Positions 46,034 to 54,873 of a DNA stretch of 64,000 nucleotides are shown in pieces. Below the pieces are notes generated by a model, which searched no databases, was not told where the DNA came from, and worked only from the letters and a program-made list of their open reading frames with translations. Location of the stretch: NCBI GenBank assembly GCA_051986435.1, contig JBPYFM010000155.1, positions 1,548 to 65,547 on the forward strand, in the 5' to 3' direction. This DNA is from Solirubrobacterales bacterium. Lineage in GTDB: Bacteria; Actinomycetota; Thermoleophilia; Solirubrobacterales; 70-9. A program made the translations under genes and the position numbers. Position 1 is the stretch's first letter. Each line of letters begins with the position of its first letter.

Positions 46034-49021
46034 TCAGTCGAGATCGACCGGACGCTCGGTCGGAAGGTGGGCCCAGCCAAGCGTTCCGTCGATGAGGTAA
46101 CCGCGGGCCAATGCGACTTCCGGTCGAGCGGTGACGAGTTGATCGCCGGTCACCGGGTGGGTGGTGCTGAAAAGCGGGAAGTACTCGCGCGCTCCCGCGG
46201 TGCGGAGCCAGCCGATGACCTCGCCGGCGTCCTCGCTCAGGCCGCGCACGCCGCGAGCAGCAAGGTGGATTGCTCGGGTTGCGACGCCTCCCTGCTCCAC
46301 GCCGCCGACGATCCAGCCGGCGATACGCTTTGGATTGCGACTGACCCGTCCCGGGACGGCCAAGTCGCTGACGAGCCGGCCGTCAGAGCGCAGTCGCACC
46401 GCCACGAGACCCTTGCCGCCGCGAGGGTAGAGGCCGCCGAGAAACGTGCCGTCAGCGCCGACTGCATAACGGTGCCGGCGGCCCGCCGACGGTTCGACAC
46501 GGCGCAGATCGATTGCTTTCCACGGCCCGAGGTGATGCGGCTTCTCCTGTGGATTCAGGGGCAACGGCTCGACCCAGCCGAGCTCGGCGACCGGCTCCGC
46601 GACTTCGAAGAGTGGGTCGCGCTCACCGGCGACGAGCACCACTTCTCCGGTGTCTGGCATCCTCCGCAGCTCGAGTCGGTCGAGCAGCGGCAGTGGTTCT
46701 TGATCGATGTATCCAAGCGGATGGCGATCGTCGCCGAGTGTGCCTTGCTCGTCGGTCAGGGAGAAATTGTGGTCGGCGTAGACCAGGCGGCGCAGCCCTG
46801 GCGCCGCGTCGCGGTGGATCGCGCCGAGGATGAACTCGAGCAGGTAGCCCGGGGGCGACCCTAGGTGGTTGGCGACCATTCGGTGAGAGCCGTCGGTAGA
46901 TATGTGCCGGCAGAGGAAGTTGGTCGCCGGCGGCGTCCATCCCTCCTCGTCCGACCATCGGTGTGGGCTGTGGCGCTCCTGCTCGGACAGGCGCGGAGGT
47001 TGGTGGGCGATCAGGTCGCGGGTGGCGAATTCAGAGCGGTCGAGGATGGGATCGAAATCGAGTCGGACCGACGCCTCTTCCGACGCTGGTCCCGACGATC
47101 GTGCCTCCCCTGGAGCCCGGCGCCACTCGATGTCTTTGACCGGCTGCAGCTCGAGCAAGAGGTCGCTGAGCAGCTCACCGTCGCCGGAGAGCGAGAGGCG
47201 CGGCAATTTGTAGGCGGCGCGGCGTTCCAGCGCGAAGCCGACCGGCCGCGACCGCTGCCGTTCCTCTTCCCCCAACAGTGCGAAGGAGGGCCGGTCAGAT
47301 CCGGGTGATATGGCAAGGGCAACCGCATGGGTGGTGACGCGCGTGTTGAACATGGTTATCAGCCTTTCGACGAACGTCGGATCGGCCAGCGCGGCAGCGG
47401 CGGCGGGCGCCAAGACACAGAGCCAGCGCCCGCAGGCTGCGTCGAGGGCAGTCTGCAACCAGGCGGTAGGCGTGTTCCCGGGGCCGCCGACCGTGCGCAC
47501 CCGCGAGTCGAAAGGCGAGCTCGCCAGGAGCTCGAAATCGAGACAGGTTTGCGAGTTGATCCCGGCCAGATCCTTGGTTCGCCACGGCTCCTCGCCGTCG
47601 AGCAGGATCACTGAGACGGCCGGTGCCCATTCCATCTTGATCTGGGTCGAGGCGTCGTACAGAGCGGCGTGGCGTTTCCGCACGAGGTCGTGGAACTGAT
47701 GCGGGCCATAGTCGATTGCGTTCACGCGGCTGAAGCCGAGCCGGCGGTAGAGGAAGGTGGGTCCGGCGGCATGGATTCCGTGGACCCCGCGAGCGCCGAG
47801 TTGCAGGACCAGGTCCCAGTCCTCGTGGCCGACGACGATCTCCTCGGGATAACTGACGCCGCCATCGCCGAAGACGCGCCTATCGAACATGGCGGGTGCC
47901 GGACAGTAGTTCTCCTGCATCAGCAGCCACAAGTTGTAGGCGGGCATTCGCACGAAGTCGTCCCGGTTGCCGAAATGGCGCACGTGCGGGTAGACGAACC
48001 CGACGTCTTCGGGTGCGGCTTCAAGCTGGGAGACCATCAACTCGACGGCTTCGGGCAGGAGGCGGTCGTCCGCGTCGATCGGCAATACGTAGCTGGTGTC
48101 GAGCACCTCCAAAGCCCGGTTCCGCGCTGCACTTGGGCCGCGATTCTCACCCTGGCGCAGCACATCGATGGTCGGGTCGTCGTCGAGGGCGTCGAGCGCA
48201 GCGATCGTCTCAGGGTCGTCGGAGCCGTCGTCGACGACCACCACGCGAGCGGGAGCCATGGTTTGCGCCTTGATCGATTCAATGCATTCGTCGAGGAAGA
48301 TCCCGTGGCGAAAGCAGGGCACGATGATCCCGACGCTGCGCTTCGGGGGCGGCATGCGCGGCAATCGGATCGGGCCGGTGTCCAGGTCCTCCGGCTCGTT
48401 CTCGTCACCGTCCTGGTCGGCCCCGAAAAGCTCGTCGGCACGCCACCGACTGCTTGCGGGGCGGGCGCCGAGCAGTCGCTCGTAGAGAGCGGCGTGGGCC
48501 GCGGCCACGGTCTCGCCGGGTGGAATGACCTCGATTCGACTCGGAGGGATAAATTCGGCGCTGAGCGAGTCCTTCACGGTCTCGCCACCGACCGAGAACG
48601 CGTCGACGAGATTGCCGTAGCGACGACCCACGTACCGTTCGTAGCCGTTCTCGCCCTCTCTCACGACCGGCATTCGGGCAACGACCACGGGGGGCTCGGC
48701 CAGGCAAGCGATGTCGGGAAGCAGATCGAAGCCCAGGCGCGATTCGAAGATGTGAACGATCCCGACTCGGCGACTCTCGATGAACGTGAGTAGGAATCCC
48801 GGCATCGATCCACCCGGCATGACGTCAGGCAGATCCCAGAACTCGTCGACCTTGGCTTCGCTCCCACGCACGCCGCGATTCTCCGCCGGTTGGGTCGTGA
48901 TCAGATGGGCCGGCCGGCCACCTCGGTGGAGTCCATCGAGCAAGGCGACAATCTCCTCTCCCTTCGCGTCGGGTTCGACCTGCGACGCGATCAGGAGGAC
49001 GGGCGTGGCGACCTTGGGCAT
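46034..49021 (-). CDS. Giant chimeric glycosyltransferase: GT-B N-terminal half + GT2 domain + ~520-aa C-terminal region shared with 22158..24752
   Basis: The N-terminal ~215 aa align with the N-terminus of the 22158 protein. GT2 core VGIIVPCFRHG..VVVVDDGSDDPE..IDADDRLL..GHEDWDLVLQL. I prefer the ATG at 49021 over 49078. Confidence 0.75.
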   Translation of the reverse strand: MPKVATPVLLIASQVEPDAKGEEIVALLDGLHRGGRPAHLITTQPAENRGVRGSEAKVDEFWDLPDVMPGGSMPGFLLTFIESRRVGIVHIFESRLGFDLLPDIACLAEPPVVVARMPVVREGENGYERYVGRRYGNLVDAFSVGGETVKDSLSAEFIPPSRIEVIPPGETVAAAHAALYERLLGARPASSRWRADELFGADQDGDENEPEDLDTGPIRLPRMPPPKRSVGIIVPCFRHGIFLDECIESIKAQTMAPARVVVVDDGSDDPETIAALDALDDDPTIDVLRQGENRGPSAARNRALEVLDTSYVLPIDADDRLLPEAVELMVSQLEAAPEDVGFVYPHVRHFGNRDDFVRMPAYNLWLLMQENYCPAPAMFDRRVFGDGGVSYPEEIVVGHEDWDLVLQLGARGVHGIHAAGPTFLYRRLGFSRVNAIDYGPHQFHDLVRKRHAALYDASTQIKMEWAPAVSVILLDGEEPWRTKDLAGINSQTCLDFELLASSPFDSRVRTVGGPGNTPTAWLQTALDAACGRWLCVLAPAAAAALADPTFVERLITMFNTRVTTHAVALAISPGSDRPSFALLGEEERQRSRPVGFALERRAAYKLPRLSLSGDGELLSDLLLELQPVKDIEWRRAPGEARSSGPASEEASVRLDFDPILDRSEFATRDLIAHQPPRLSEQERHSPHRWSDEEGWTPPATNFLCRHISTDGSHRMVANHLGSPPGYLLEFILGAIHRDAAPGLRRLVYADHNFSLTDEQGTLGDDRHPLGYIDQEPLPLLDRLELRRMPDTGEVVLVAGERDPLFEVAEPVAELGWVEPLPLNPQEKPHHLGPWKAIDLRRVEPSAGRRHRYAVGADGTFLGGLYPRGGKGLVAVRLRSDGRLVSDLAVPGRVSRNPKRIAGWIVGGVEQGGVATRAIHLAARGVRGLSEDAGEVIGWLRTAGAREYFPLFSTTHPVTGDQLVTARPEVALARGYLIDGTLGWAHLPTERPVDLD

Positions 49022-49083
49022 CGGGCGATGATATGAATCCGCTCCCGGTCGGGGACCTGCAGGGGCGCCGCCGGACATTTCCT

Positions 49084-49800
49084 ATGCATAAAGGTCGCAA
49101 GGTCAGCGTCGTATTCCCCGCCTACAACGAGGAGGAGGGCATCGGCCATGCCGTCGAGACGTTCGGCGCACTGGACGTCGTCGACGAGGTCGTGGTCGTC
49201 AACAACAACTCGCATGACCGCACGGCCGAGCTGGCAGAAGCCGCCGGCGCCCGCGTCGTGCTGGAGACCAAGCAGGGATATGGCAATGCCCTGCAGCGTG
49301 GGCTCGCCGAGGCGCAGGGCGACCTGATCGTGATGGCCGAGCCCGATGGCACCTTCTTCGCGCCCGACGTCCACAAGCTGCTGGCCTACGCCGACGACGC
49401 CGAGATGGTGCTCGGAACGAGGACGACCCGGGAACTGATCTTCGGCGGGGCCAACATGGGTCCACTCCTGCGTTGGGGGAACTGGGCGCTGGCTAAGCTG
49501 CAGCAGCTGCTCTTCAATACTTCGTCCCTGAGCGATTGCGGCTGCACGATGCGCCTGATCCACCGCGACGCCCTGTACCGGTTTCTCGATCGGTTGACTG
49601 TCGGTTCCTCTCATTTCCTCCCGGAGATGGTCATCCTGGCCCACGAGACCAACACCTCGATCCTCGAGGTGCCCGTGACCTATCGCGAACGTCGCGGCTC
49701 GTCGAAGATCACCGGCGATCCGCGTGGGATGGTCGAGGTGGGACTGAGGATGTTCCAGCTCATCCTCACCTACCGCTTCACCGGTCACGCGCCGCGCTGA
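49084..49800 (+). CDS. DPM1-like GT2 (polyprenyl-phosphate sugar synthase-like)
   Basis: VSVVFPAYNEEEGIGHAV, VVVVNNNSHDRT, IVMAEPDGTF and YRERRGSSKI motifs. Confidence 0.8.
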   Translation: MHKGRKVSVVFPAYNEEEGIGHAVETFGALDVVDEVVVVNNNSHDRTAELAEAAGARVVLETKQGYGNALQRGLAEAQGDLIVMAEPDGTFFAPDVHKLLAYADDAEMVLGTRTTRELIFGGANMGPLLRWGNWALAKLQQLLFNTSSLSDCGCTMRLIHRDALYRFLDRLTVGSSHFLPEMVILAHETNTSILEVPVTYRERRGSSKITGDPRGMVEVGLRMFQLILTYRFTGHAPR

Positions 49801-49832
49801 GCGGCCCGAGCGCCGGTGGAGGCCGGAGGGCC

Positions 49833-50564
49833 TCAGACCCTCACGATCGCCACGTTGTGCGCGGCTATGCGGTTCAGCAGCGGCACGCGCTCAAGCACGG
49901 ACTCGATCCGGCCGACTGCAGGCACCGCCCATGCCGGGGTGAAGTCGGGCATGAACGTCATCCGTCGCAACGTGACCTGGCGGGCAGGGGTGCGCCTCAG
50001 CTCATCCATGATCAGCGAGGCCGGGACGAGAACCTCGTCGCCTTGGTCCTGCGGTAGTCGGGCCATGAGGAATTTCCAATAAGGATTGTTCGGGTTGTGG
50101 TCCCAGACCACCGAGGTGCCGCCTGGTCTCGTGACGCGAACGATCTCACGCAGGGTGGCGCGGACCAGCTCGGGATCAATCAGGTGGTGTAGCACCGCGA
50201 AGGTGACGACGAGGTCGAAGCTGTCGTCGTCGAAGGGCATGTCGCCGCTCGACCCCTCGACCACGTCCAGGCCGCGCTCGCGGGCCTCCTCGAGCATGCC
50301 GGCCGAGATGTCGATGCCTTTCAGCTCGTAACCCGCGCTTGGCATCGAGGAGAGGAAGCGCCCGGTGCCGCAGCCGACGTCGAGCACTTTCCCGCTCGGC
50401 ACCAGAGCCCGGGATAAGGCGACCCGGCGCGCGGTCAGATGCGCCATCACATGGTCGGGAAGGCTGTCGTCGTACTCCGTCGCGACGTCGTTGAAATGAT
50501 GATCCTGTCGTTGCACCCGGCCCACCCTACCCAAGCCGCCGGTGTCGTCCTCACCCAATAGCAT
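49833..50564 (-). CDS. Class I SAM-dependent methyltransferase
   Basis: VLDVGCGTGRFL, VVTFAVLHHL and TRPGGTSVVWD motifs. The start is uncertain; the ATG at 50564 lies only 7 nt from the divergent gene start. Confidence 0.75.
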   Translation of the reverse strand: MLLGEDDTGGLGRVGRVQRQDHHFNDVATEYDDSLPDHVMAHLTARRVALSRALVPSGKVLDVGCGTGRFLSSMPSAGYELKGIDISAGMLEEARERGLDVVEGSSGDMPFDDDSFDLVVTFAVLHHLIDPELVRATLREIVRVTRPGGTSVVWDHNPNNPYWKFLMARLPQDQGDEVLVPASLIMDELRRTPARQVTLRRMTFMPDFTPAWAVPAVGRIESVLERVPLLNRIAAHNVAIVRV

Positions 50565-50571
50565 CCGGTCG

Positions 50572-51585
50572 ATGGCGCGGAGTCTTGTCACCGGCGGGGC
50601 CGGTTTTATGGGCGCACACCTCGTGCGCGAACTGTTGGCGAAGGGAGACGAGGTTGTCGCGCTCGACGACCTCAGCGGTGGATTCCGGTCCAACGTCGAT
50701 CCCGAAGCTCGCTTCGTCGAGGCTTCCGTCGGCGACGCCGAGATGATGGACAGCCTGTTCGCGGCCGAACGGTTCGATCACGTCTACCACCTCGGCGCGT
50801 ACGCGGCCGAGGGACTCAGCCACTTCATCAAGCGCTTCAACTACGCCAACAACGTGATCGGGTCGGTGACCCTGATCAACGCCGCCGTCAACCACGGAGT
50901 CGACTGCTTCGTCTTCACCTCGTCGATCGCCGTCTACGGAGCTGGCCAGACGCCGATGGTGGAGTCGATGACGCCGCAGCCGGAGGACTCATACGGGATC
51001 GCGAAGCGGGCGGTGGAGCTCGAGCTGTTTTCCTCGCATGAGATGTTCGATCTCGACTTCGTCATCTTTCGTCCGCACAACGTCTACGGCGAGTTGCAGA
51101 ACATCGGCGACCGGTACCGAAACGTGCTCGGGATCTTCATCAACCAGATCATGCGCGATGAACCGCTTTCGATCTTCGGTGACGGCAAGCAGACCCGTGC
51201 CTTCACCTATGTCTCCGACGTAGTTCGCCCGATCGCCGCCGCTCCGGCCACCGACGGTGCCCGTGGCGAGATCTTCAACGTCGGCGCCGATCAGCCATGG
51301 TCGGTGAACGACCTTGCCGATCTGGTGCGCAGGGAGATGGGGGTGCCGGATCACCCCATCGTCCATCACGATGCACGCAACGAGGTGTTGGACGCCTTCT
51401 CCGACCACTCGAAGCTGGCTGGCGTCTTCGGTCACTCGGACCCCGTCCCACTGCAGGAGGGCCTACGACGGATGTGCGAGTGGGCACGCGCCGTGGGGCC
51501 GCGGGAGACCAAACCTTTCACCGGGATCGAGATCGAGAAGAACCTGCCGCCCAGCTGGCGGGCGGCCGCCTCCGATCGAGTTTAG
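50572..51585 (+). CDS. NAD-dependent epimerase/dehydratase (UDP-hexose 4-epimerase-like)
   Basis: MARSLVTGGAGFMGAHLV, TSSIAVYG and YGIAKRAVE motifs. Confidence 0.85.
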   Translation: MARSLVTGGAGFMGAHLVRELLAKGDEVVALDDLSGGFRSNVDPEARFVEASVGDAEMMDSLFAAERFDHVYHLGAYAAEGLSHFIKRFNYANNVIGSVTLINAAVNHGVDCFVFTSSIAVYGAGQTPMVESMTPQPEDSYGIAKRAVELELFSSHEMFDLDFVIFRPHNVYGELQNIGDRYRNVLGIFINQIMRDEPLSIFGDGKQTRAFTYVSDVVRPIAAAPATDGARGEIFNVGADQPWSVNDLADLVRREMGVPDHPIVHHDARNEVLDAFSDHSKLAGVFGHSDPVPLQEGLRRMCEWARAVGPRETKPFTGIEIEKNLPPSWRAAASDRV

Positions 51586-53357
51586 TCGCAGCTCCTGGTG
51601 CGATAGGCCACCGAGGCGGTGGCGAACGTTTCCCGTTTGAGGAAGCAGGTGTTCAGCAATTCTTCGGTGATCGGCCCGACTGGCGGTCCGAAGGAATCGC
51701 GGGCGAAGGCGGTGATGCGTGGGTCTTCCCGGATCCTCTGCGCCTCGAGTTCATCCCCGCGGGCGAACCCTTCTTCGCCCCAGATCACGTACGAGTCGAG
51801 GTAGAAGTCGAGGTCCTTGGGCCCGATCACGATGTCGTCGGGTTTGGTCGCCGCGTTGATGTCGTTGTAGAGGGCGACGAATTCCTTCGTGTCAGGCGTG
51901 GGATAGAGAGGCGAGGTGTCGGCCCGGTAGCTATGGATCGACTGGGCTACGAAGAGGATCGCGAGCACGACGACGACACCCGCGCCGAACCCCCGCCTTC
52001 CGCCGAGCAACCAGGCCAGGCCCATCGCCGCCCCGGAAATGGCGGCGATCCCAAGCTCGTGACCCCAGGTGCCATAGTGGACGTCGAATTCGGCCAGATG
52101 CGTGATCTGGTCGCCGATCAGCGCGGCGGCGACCACCCCGAGCCCGATCGCCACCGGCCAGATCACCCAGCGTCTTTGGTCGGGAGTCGGGCGCCGCAGC
52201 AGCATCCAGGTGATCGGCAGGATCAGCGCCACGAGCGCCGGAAAGCAGTACTTGCCCTGGAACGTGCCGTCGGTGGGGGAAAGCACGACATAGGTCACCA
52301 GAACCCCCAGCGCGAAGAGGTAGGGCAGGTCAAGCGGCCGTAGCTTCCAGTCCCGGACGAAGTGGCGGAGCAGGTCGACGAGATACACCGCCGCCAGGAT
52401 CACCAGGGCGAGGCCGAACCAGCGCAGGTGCCAATGGACCGCGTGCGCGACTACCCACCATTCCGAGAACAGGCGGTTGCTCTTCTGTTCGAAGGTGACT
52501 TCGAAGGTGTACGAGAAGGGGATGCTCGTGGCCCAGCACCAGAGCGCGTAGGTGCCGAAGAAGAGGCCGGCCCCCGCACCGATGAAGGCGGCCGCCTCGA
52601 CGAGCGAGCGCCATATCGGTCGCCGGCTCAATACCCACCAGACACCGAGGACGCCGACGAGGACGATAGCCGTCGTCAGCTTGGTCCAGCAGACCAGCGC
52701 GATGACCAGTGCCAGCGCCGCGACCTGCCAGGGACCAAGCGCCTCCCTTCGCTTGGCCAGCCGGATCGCGGTCCACATGGCCAATAACAGGATCGGTGCG
52801 TAAGCCTGCGTGTCGATGTCGAGGAAGGTGCTGCCCTGGATCCCGAAGGGATTGATCAGCAGCAGGATCGCCGCCACCCCGCCGATCACCTGCCAGCGCT
52901 TGGTGACCTCGCGAGCGATCAGCACGATCAGGACCGCCGACAGCAGCAACCCCACGATGCCGACGATGCGTTGTCGGTAGGGCGAGTTGGTGCCGAGGAA
53001 GGCCATCGAGGTCGCCGCCGTGTAGAGGTAGAGAGGCGGGTGCCAGGCGCCCACAAGCGGGTTCGTTTCCCGCTTCCATTCCGTGTCGAGGCGGATGACG
53101 TGGCTCTTGTCGGCATCGAGAACCGGCTTACCGGTTTCGTAGATCGCCTTCGCCATGACCGGCCATTCGCTCTCCTCGATCCGGAGCGGCTGTTTGGCGA
53201 AGTGCGCTGCGTTGACCAGATAGAAGGCAAGCGCGATCGCACCTGCCACGTAGAGCCAGCGCGGTGCTCCCTTCCAGCGGCCGCCGAAGAAGCGCAGGCC
53301 GGCGAGCAGGGTCGTGCGAGAGTCGTCCATCGGGTCGCGCGGCAGTCTAGGCGGCAA
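51582..53357 (-). CDS. ArnT/PMT_2-like GT-C glycosyltransferase
   Basis: RIEESEWPVMAKAIYETGKP, VGAWHPPLYLY and about 12 TM segments. Start is either the TTG at 53357 or the ATG at 53330. Confidence 0.7.
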   Translation of the reverse strand: MPPRLPRDPMDDSRTTLLAGLRFFGGRWKGAPRWLYVAGAIALAFYLVNAAHFAKQPLRIEESEWPVMAKAIYETGKPVLDADKSHVIRLDTEWKRETNPLVGAWHPPLYLYTAATSMAFLGTNSPYRQRIVGIVGLLLSAVLIVLIAREVTKRWQVIGGVAAILLLINPFGIQGSTFLDIDTQAYAPILLLAMWTAIRLAKRREALGPWQVAALALVIALVCWTKLTTAIVLVGVLGVWWVLSRRPIWRSLVEAAAFIGAGAGLFFGTYALWCWATSIPFSYTFEVTFEQKSNRLFSEWWVVAHAVHWHLRWFGLALVILAAVYLVDLLRHFVRDWKLRPLDLPYLFALGVLVTYVVLSPTDGTFQGKYCFPALVALILPITWMLLRRPTPDQRRWVIWPVAIGLGVVAAALIGDQITHLAEFDVHYGTWGHELGIAAISGAAMGLAWLLGGRRGFGAGVVVVLAILFVAQSIHSYRADTSPLYPTPDTKEFVALYNDINAATKPDDIVIGPKDLDFYLDSYVIWGEEGFARGDELEAQRIREDPRITAFARDSFGPPVGPITEELLNTCFLKRETFATASVAYRTRSCD

Positions 53358-53367
53358 ACCCGCGGAG

Positions 53368-54873
53368 CTAGTACGCGCCTTCGCCGCGCATGATCGCGCG
53401 CGGGGTCCGCATCAGGATCTGCAGGTCGGTCAGGAGCGAGAGGTTGTCGAGGTAATCGCGCTCCATCGCCAGGCGCTCCTCGAAGGTGAGGTCGCCGCGG
53501 CCGTAGACCTGCATCGGGCCGGTGAGGCCGGGCTTGATCGTGAGGCGGCCGCGTTGGCGCTCGTCGTAGAGGGCGACGATCGCCTCCTCCTCGGGCCGCG
53601 GGCCGACGAGGGACATCTCGCCGCGCAGGACGTTGAAGAGCTGCGGCAGCTCGTCGATCGAGGTCCGCCGCAGGAGCTTGCCGACGCGGGTGACGCGGGG
53701 GTCGTCGGGGATCTTGAAGGCGGGCTCGGAGAGCTTCGAGAGGTCGATCAGCTCGCCGAGGCGCTCCTCGGCGTCGGCGACCATGGTGCGGAACTTCAGC
53801 ATCGTGAAGGGCACGCCGTCCTTGCCGGCGCGCCGCTGGCGGAAGAAGACGGGGCGGCCGGAGTCGATCAGCGTCGCGATCGCCGCACAGAGGAGGAGCG
53901 GCGAGAGCCCGATCAGCAGGAGGCCGGAGACGAAGATGTCCATCGCCCGCTTCATCGCCTGGGTCGAGCGCGGCGGGTCGGAGAAGCGGAAGTCGAGCAC
54001 CGGCAACTCGGCGAGGCGGTTCAGCTCGATCCCCGGGCCGAGCAGGCCGTAGTGCTGCGGCAGGAACGTGAGCGCCAGGCCGGCCTTCTTGCACTCCTCG
54101 ATCAGCCGCTCGGCGGCCGGCTCCGACATCTGCTCTTCGGTGACGACGACGCGCTCGATCCCGGTCACCTCGGCGACCTCGGAGATGTCGGCGAGGGTGC
54201 CGAGGCGGGGCAGCTCGGCCGAGTCCTCCTCGCGCGAGGAGGAGAGGTAGCCGACCAGGTGCAGGCGCGTCTCCGGGTGGGTGACGACGCGGCGGGCGAC
54301 GGTGTCGACGGTGGCGGGCGGGCCGATGACCAGGCCGAGGGCGACCGGCGTCGCCCGGTGCCAGACCCAGCGCAGCAGGCCGCGCAGGACGAAGCTGCCG
54401 ATCAGGGTGCAGATGCCGACCCCGATCGCGCTCATCGGCGAGAGCGGGCCGACCGGGCTGATCGCCAGCAGGCCGTCGATCACCAGGGTCCCGAGGACGG
54501 TCGCCGAGACCAGCGAGGGCACCTCGTCGAGGGTCGAGTGGCGGATCCGGCGGTGGTCGTGGTCGTAGAGGCCGTGGAGCTTGACCACGAGGATCCAGCT
54601 CGGGCTGAAGAGGACCGCCCAGAAGAGGTCGGCGAGGTCGGTGGACGAGGTCGCCGCGGTGACGACCAGCAGGGCGCCGATCAGCGCCGTCCAGTCGCCC
54701 AGGGCGAGGAGTCGACGCAGGAGCGCGCCGCGCCGCCGCGAGCCCTCCGGGCCGCTCAGCCCGAGCCGGTCGGCGGCGGCCCGATACGGGATCGCGGTCG
54801 CGCGCCGCTCGGCCTCCTCGGCGGCGGCCCGGCGTTCGGCGGCGATCTTCTCGGTGTCCGGCGTTCGGGTCAT
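53368..54873 (-). CDS. Polyprenyl-phosphate hexose-1-phosphate transferase (WbaP/WsaP-type initiating enzyme)
   Basis: KRAMDIFVSGLLLIGLSPLLL, GRPVFFRQRRAGKDGVPFTMLKFRTM and DELPQLFNVLRGEMSLVGPRP (Bac_transf). The ATG overlaps the upstream stop (ATGA). Confidence 0.9.
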   Translation of the reverse strand: MTRTPDTEKIAAERRAAAEEAERRATAIPYRAAADRLGLSGPEGSRRRGALLRRLLALGDWTALIGALLVVTAATSSTDLADLFWAVLFSPSWILVVKLHGLYDHDHRRIRHSTLDEVPSLVSATVLGTLVIDGLLAISPVGPLSPMSAIGVGICTLIGSFVLRGLLRWVWHRATPVALGLVIGPPATVDTVARRVVTHPETRLHLVGYLSSSREEDSAELPRLGTLADISEVAEVTGIERVVVTEEQMSEPAAERLIEECKKAGLALTFLPQHYGLLGPGIELNRLAELPVLDFRFSDPPRSTQAMKRAMDIFVSGLLLIGLSPLLLCAAIATLIDSGRPVFFRQRRAGKDGVPFTMLKFRTMVADAEERLGELIDLSKLSEPAFKIPDDPRVTRVGKLLRRTSIDELPQLFNVLRGEMSLVGPRPEEEAIVALYDERQRGRLTIKPGLTGPMQVYGRGDLTFEERLAMERDYLDNLSLLTDLQILMRTPRAIMRGEGAY

